Assembly: GCA_963784695.1 (NCBI GenBank)
Contig: CAWARZ010000002.1
Span: 891,680-955,679, forward strand
Reading direction: 5' to 3'
DNA: 64,000 nt
DNA from: an uncultured Chloroflexia bacterium
Lineage (GTDB): Bacteria; Chloroflexota; Chloroflexia; QHBQ01; JAICKM01
Part shown: piece by piece, positions 63,973 through 64,000 of the stretch
Position numbering within the stretch: the stretch's first letter is position 1
How the letters are laid out: each line of letters starts with the position of its first letter
The notes under the pieces: generated by a model
Databases searched by the model: none
The model's input: the letters and a program-made list of their open reading frames with translations, nothing else
What the model was told of the DNA's origin: nothing
Translations under genes and position numbers: made by a program

Positions 63973-64000
63973 GCCGATGGACCCCACTTCCCCCGGCCTG

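Overview
The window is very GC-rich (about 70%) bacterial chromosome. Gene content fits a Chloroflexi-like organism: type-2 (Thermus-like) TyrRS, SLH and LGFP cell-surface domains, and sdhCAB. The conserved rpmH-rnpA-yidD-yidC-jag-(pfkB)-mnmE block and the rpmG-tRNA(Trp)-secE-nusG-rplK-rplA / tRNA(Thr)-tRNA(Tyr)-tRNA(Thr)-tuf block are both present. Between them sits a large cell-envelope and secreted-protein region: an S-layer-anchored S8 protease, LGFP-repeat glycoside hydrolase, BNR sialidase-like protein, GT4 plus two GT-C membrane glycosyltransferases, GDP-mannose pyrophosphorylase, GH13 and VanW.

The six-frame track is dominated by spurious antisense ORFs, as expected at this GC content. 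Many clearly homologous genes (sdhA, yidC, jag, pfkB kinase, mnmE, nusG, ABC ATPase, ArnT-like GT and others) are split between two frames. The second piece is always shifted +1. This looks like an insertion-biased sequencing or assembly artefact at roughly one per 3 kb, not pseudogenisation. Coordinates of starts and junctions are therefore approximate.

Most interesting signals:
- An in-frame UGA exactly at the first Cys of the CxxC motif of a thioredoxin-NHL (NHLRC2-like) protein, a candidate selenoprotein.
- A second in-frame UGA inside a rhodanese active-site loop.
- A vapBC-like toxin-antitoxin cassette flanked by an approximately 150-bp direct duplication of the rlmB 3' end.
- A T-box-like leader with a consensus promoter upstream of a B3/4-domain protein-tyrS operon.
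- An AT-rich island with a consensus promoter driving a 35-aa hydrophobic peptide plus a ClbS/DinB_2-like gene.
- A roughly 1-kb hairpin- and repeat-dense noncoding block.
- An LRR (TIGR02996 companion-domain) protein with no detectable start codon directly abutting a PIG-L deacetylase stop.
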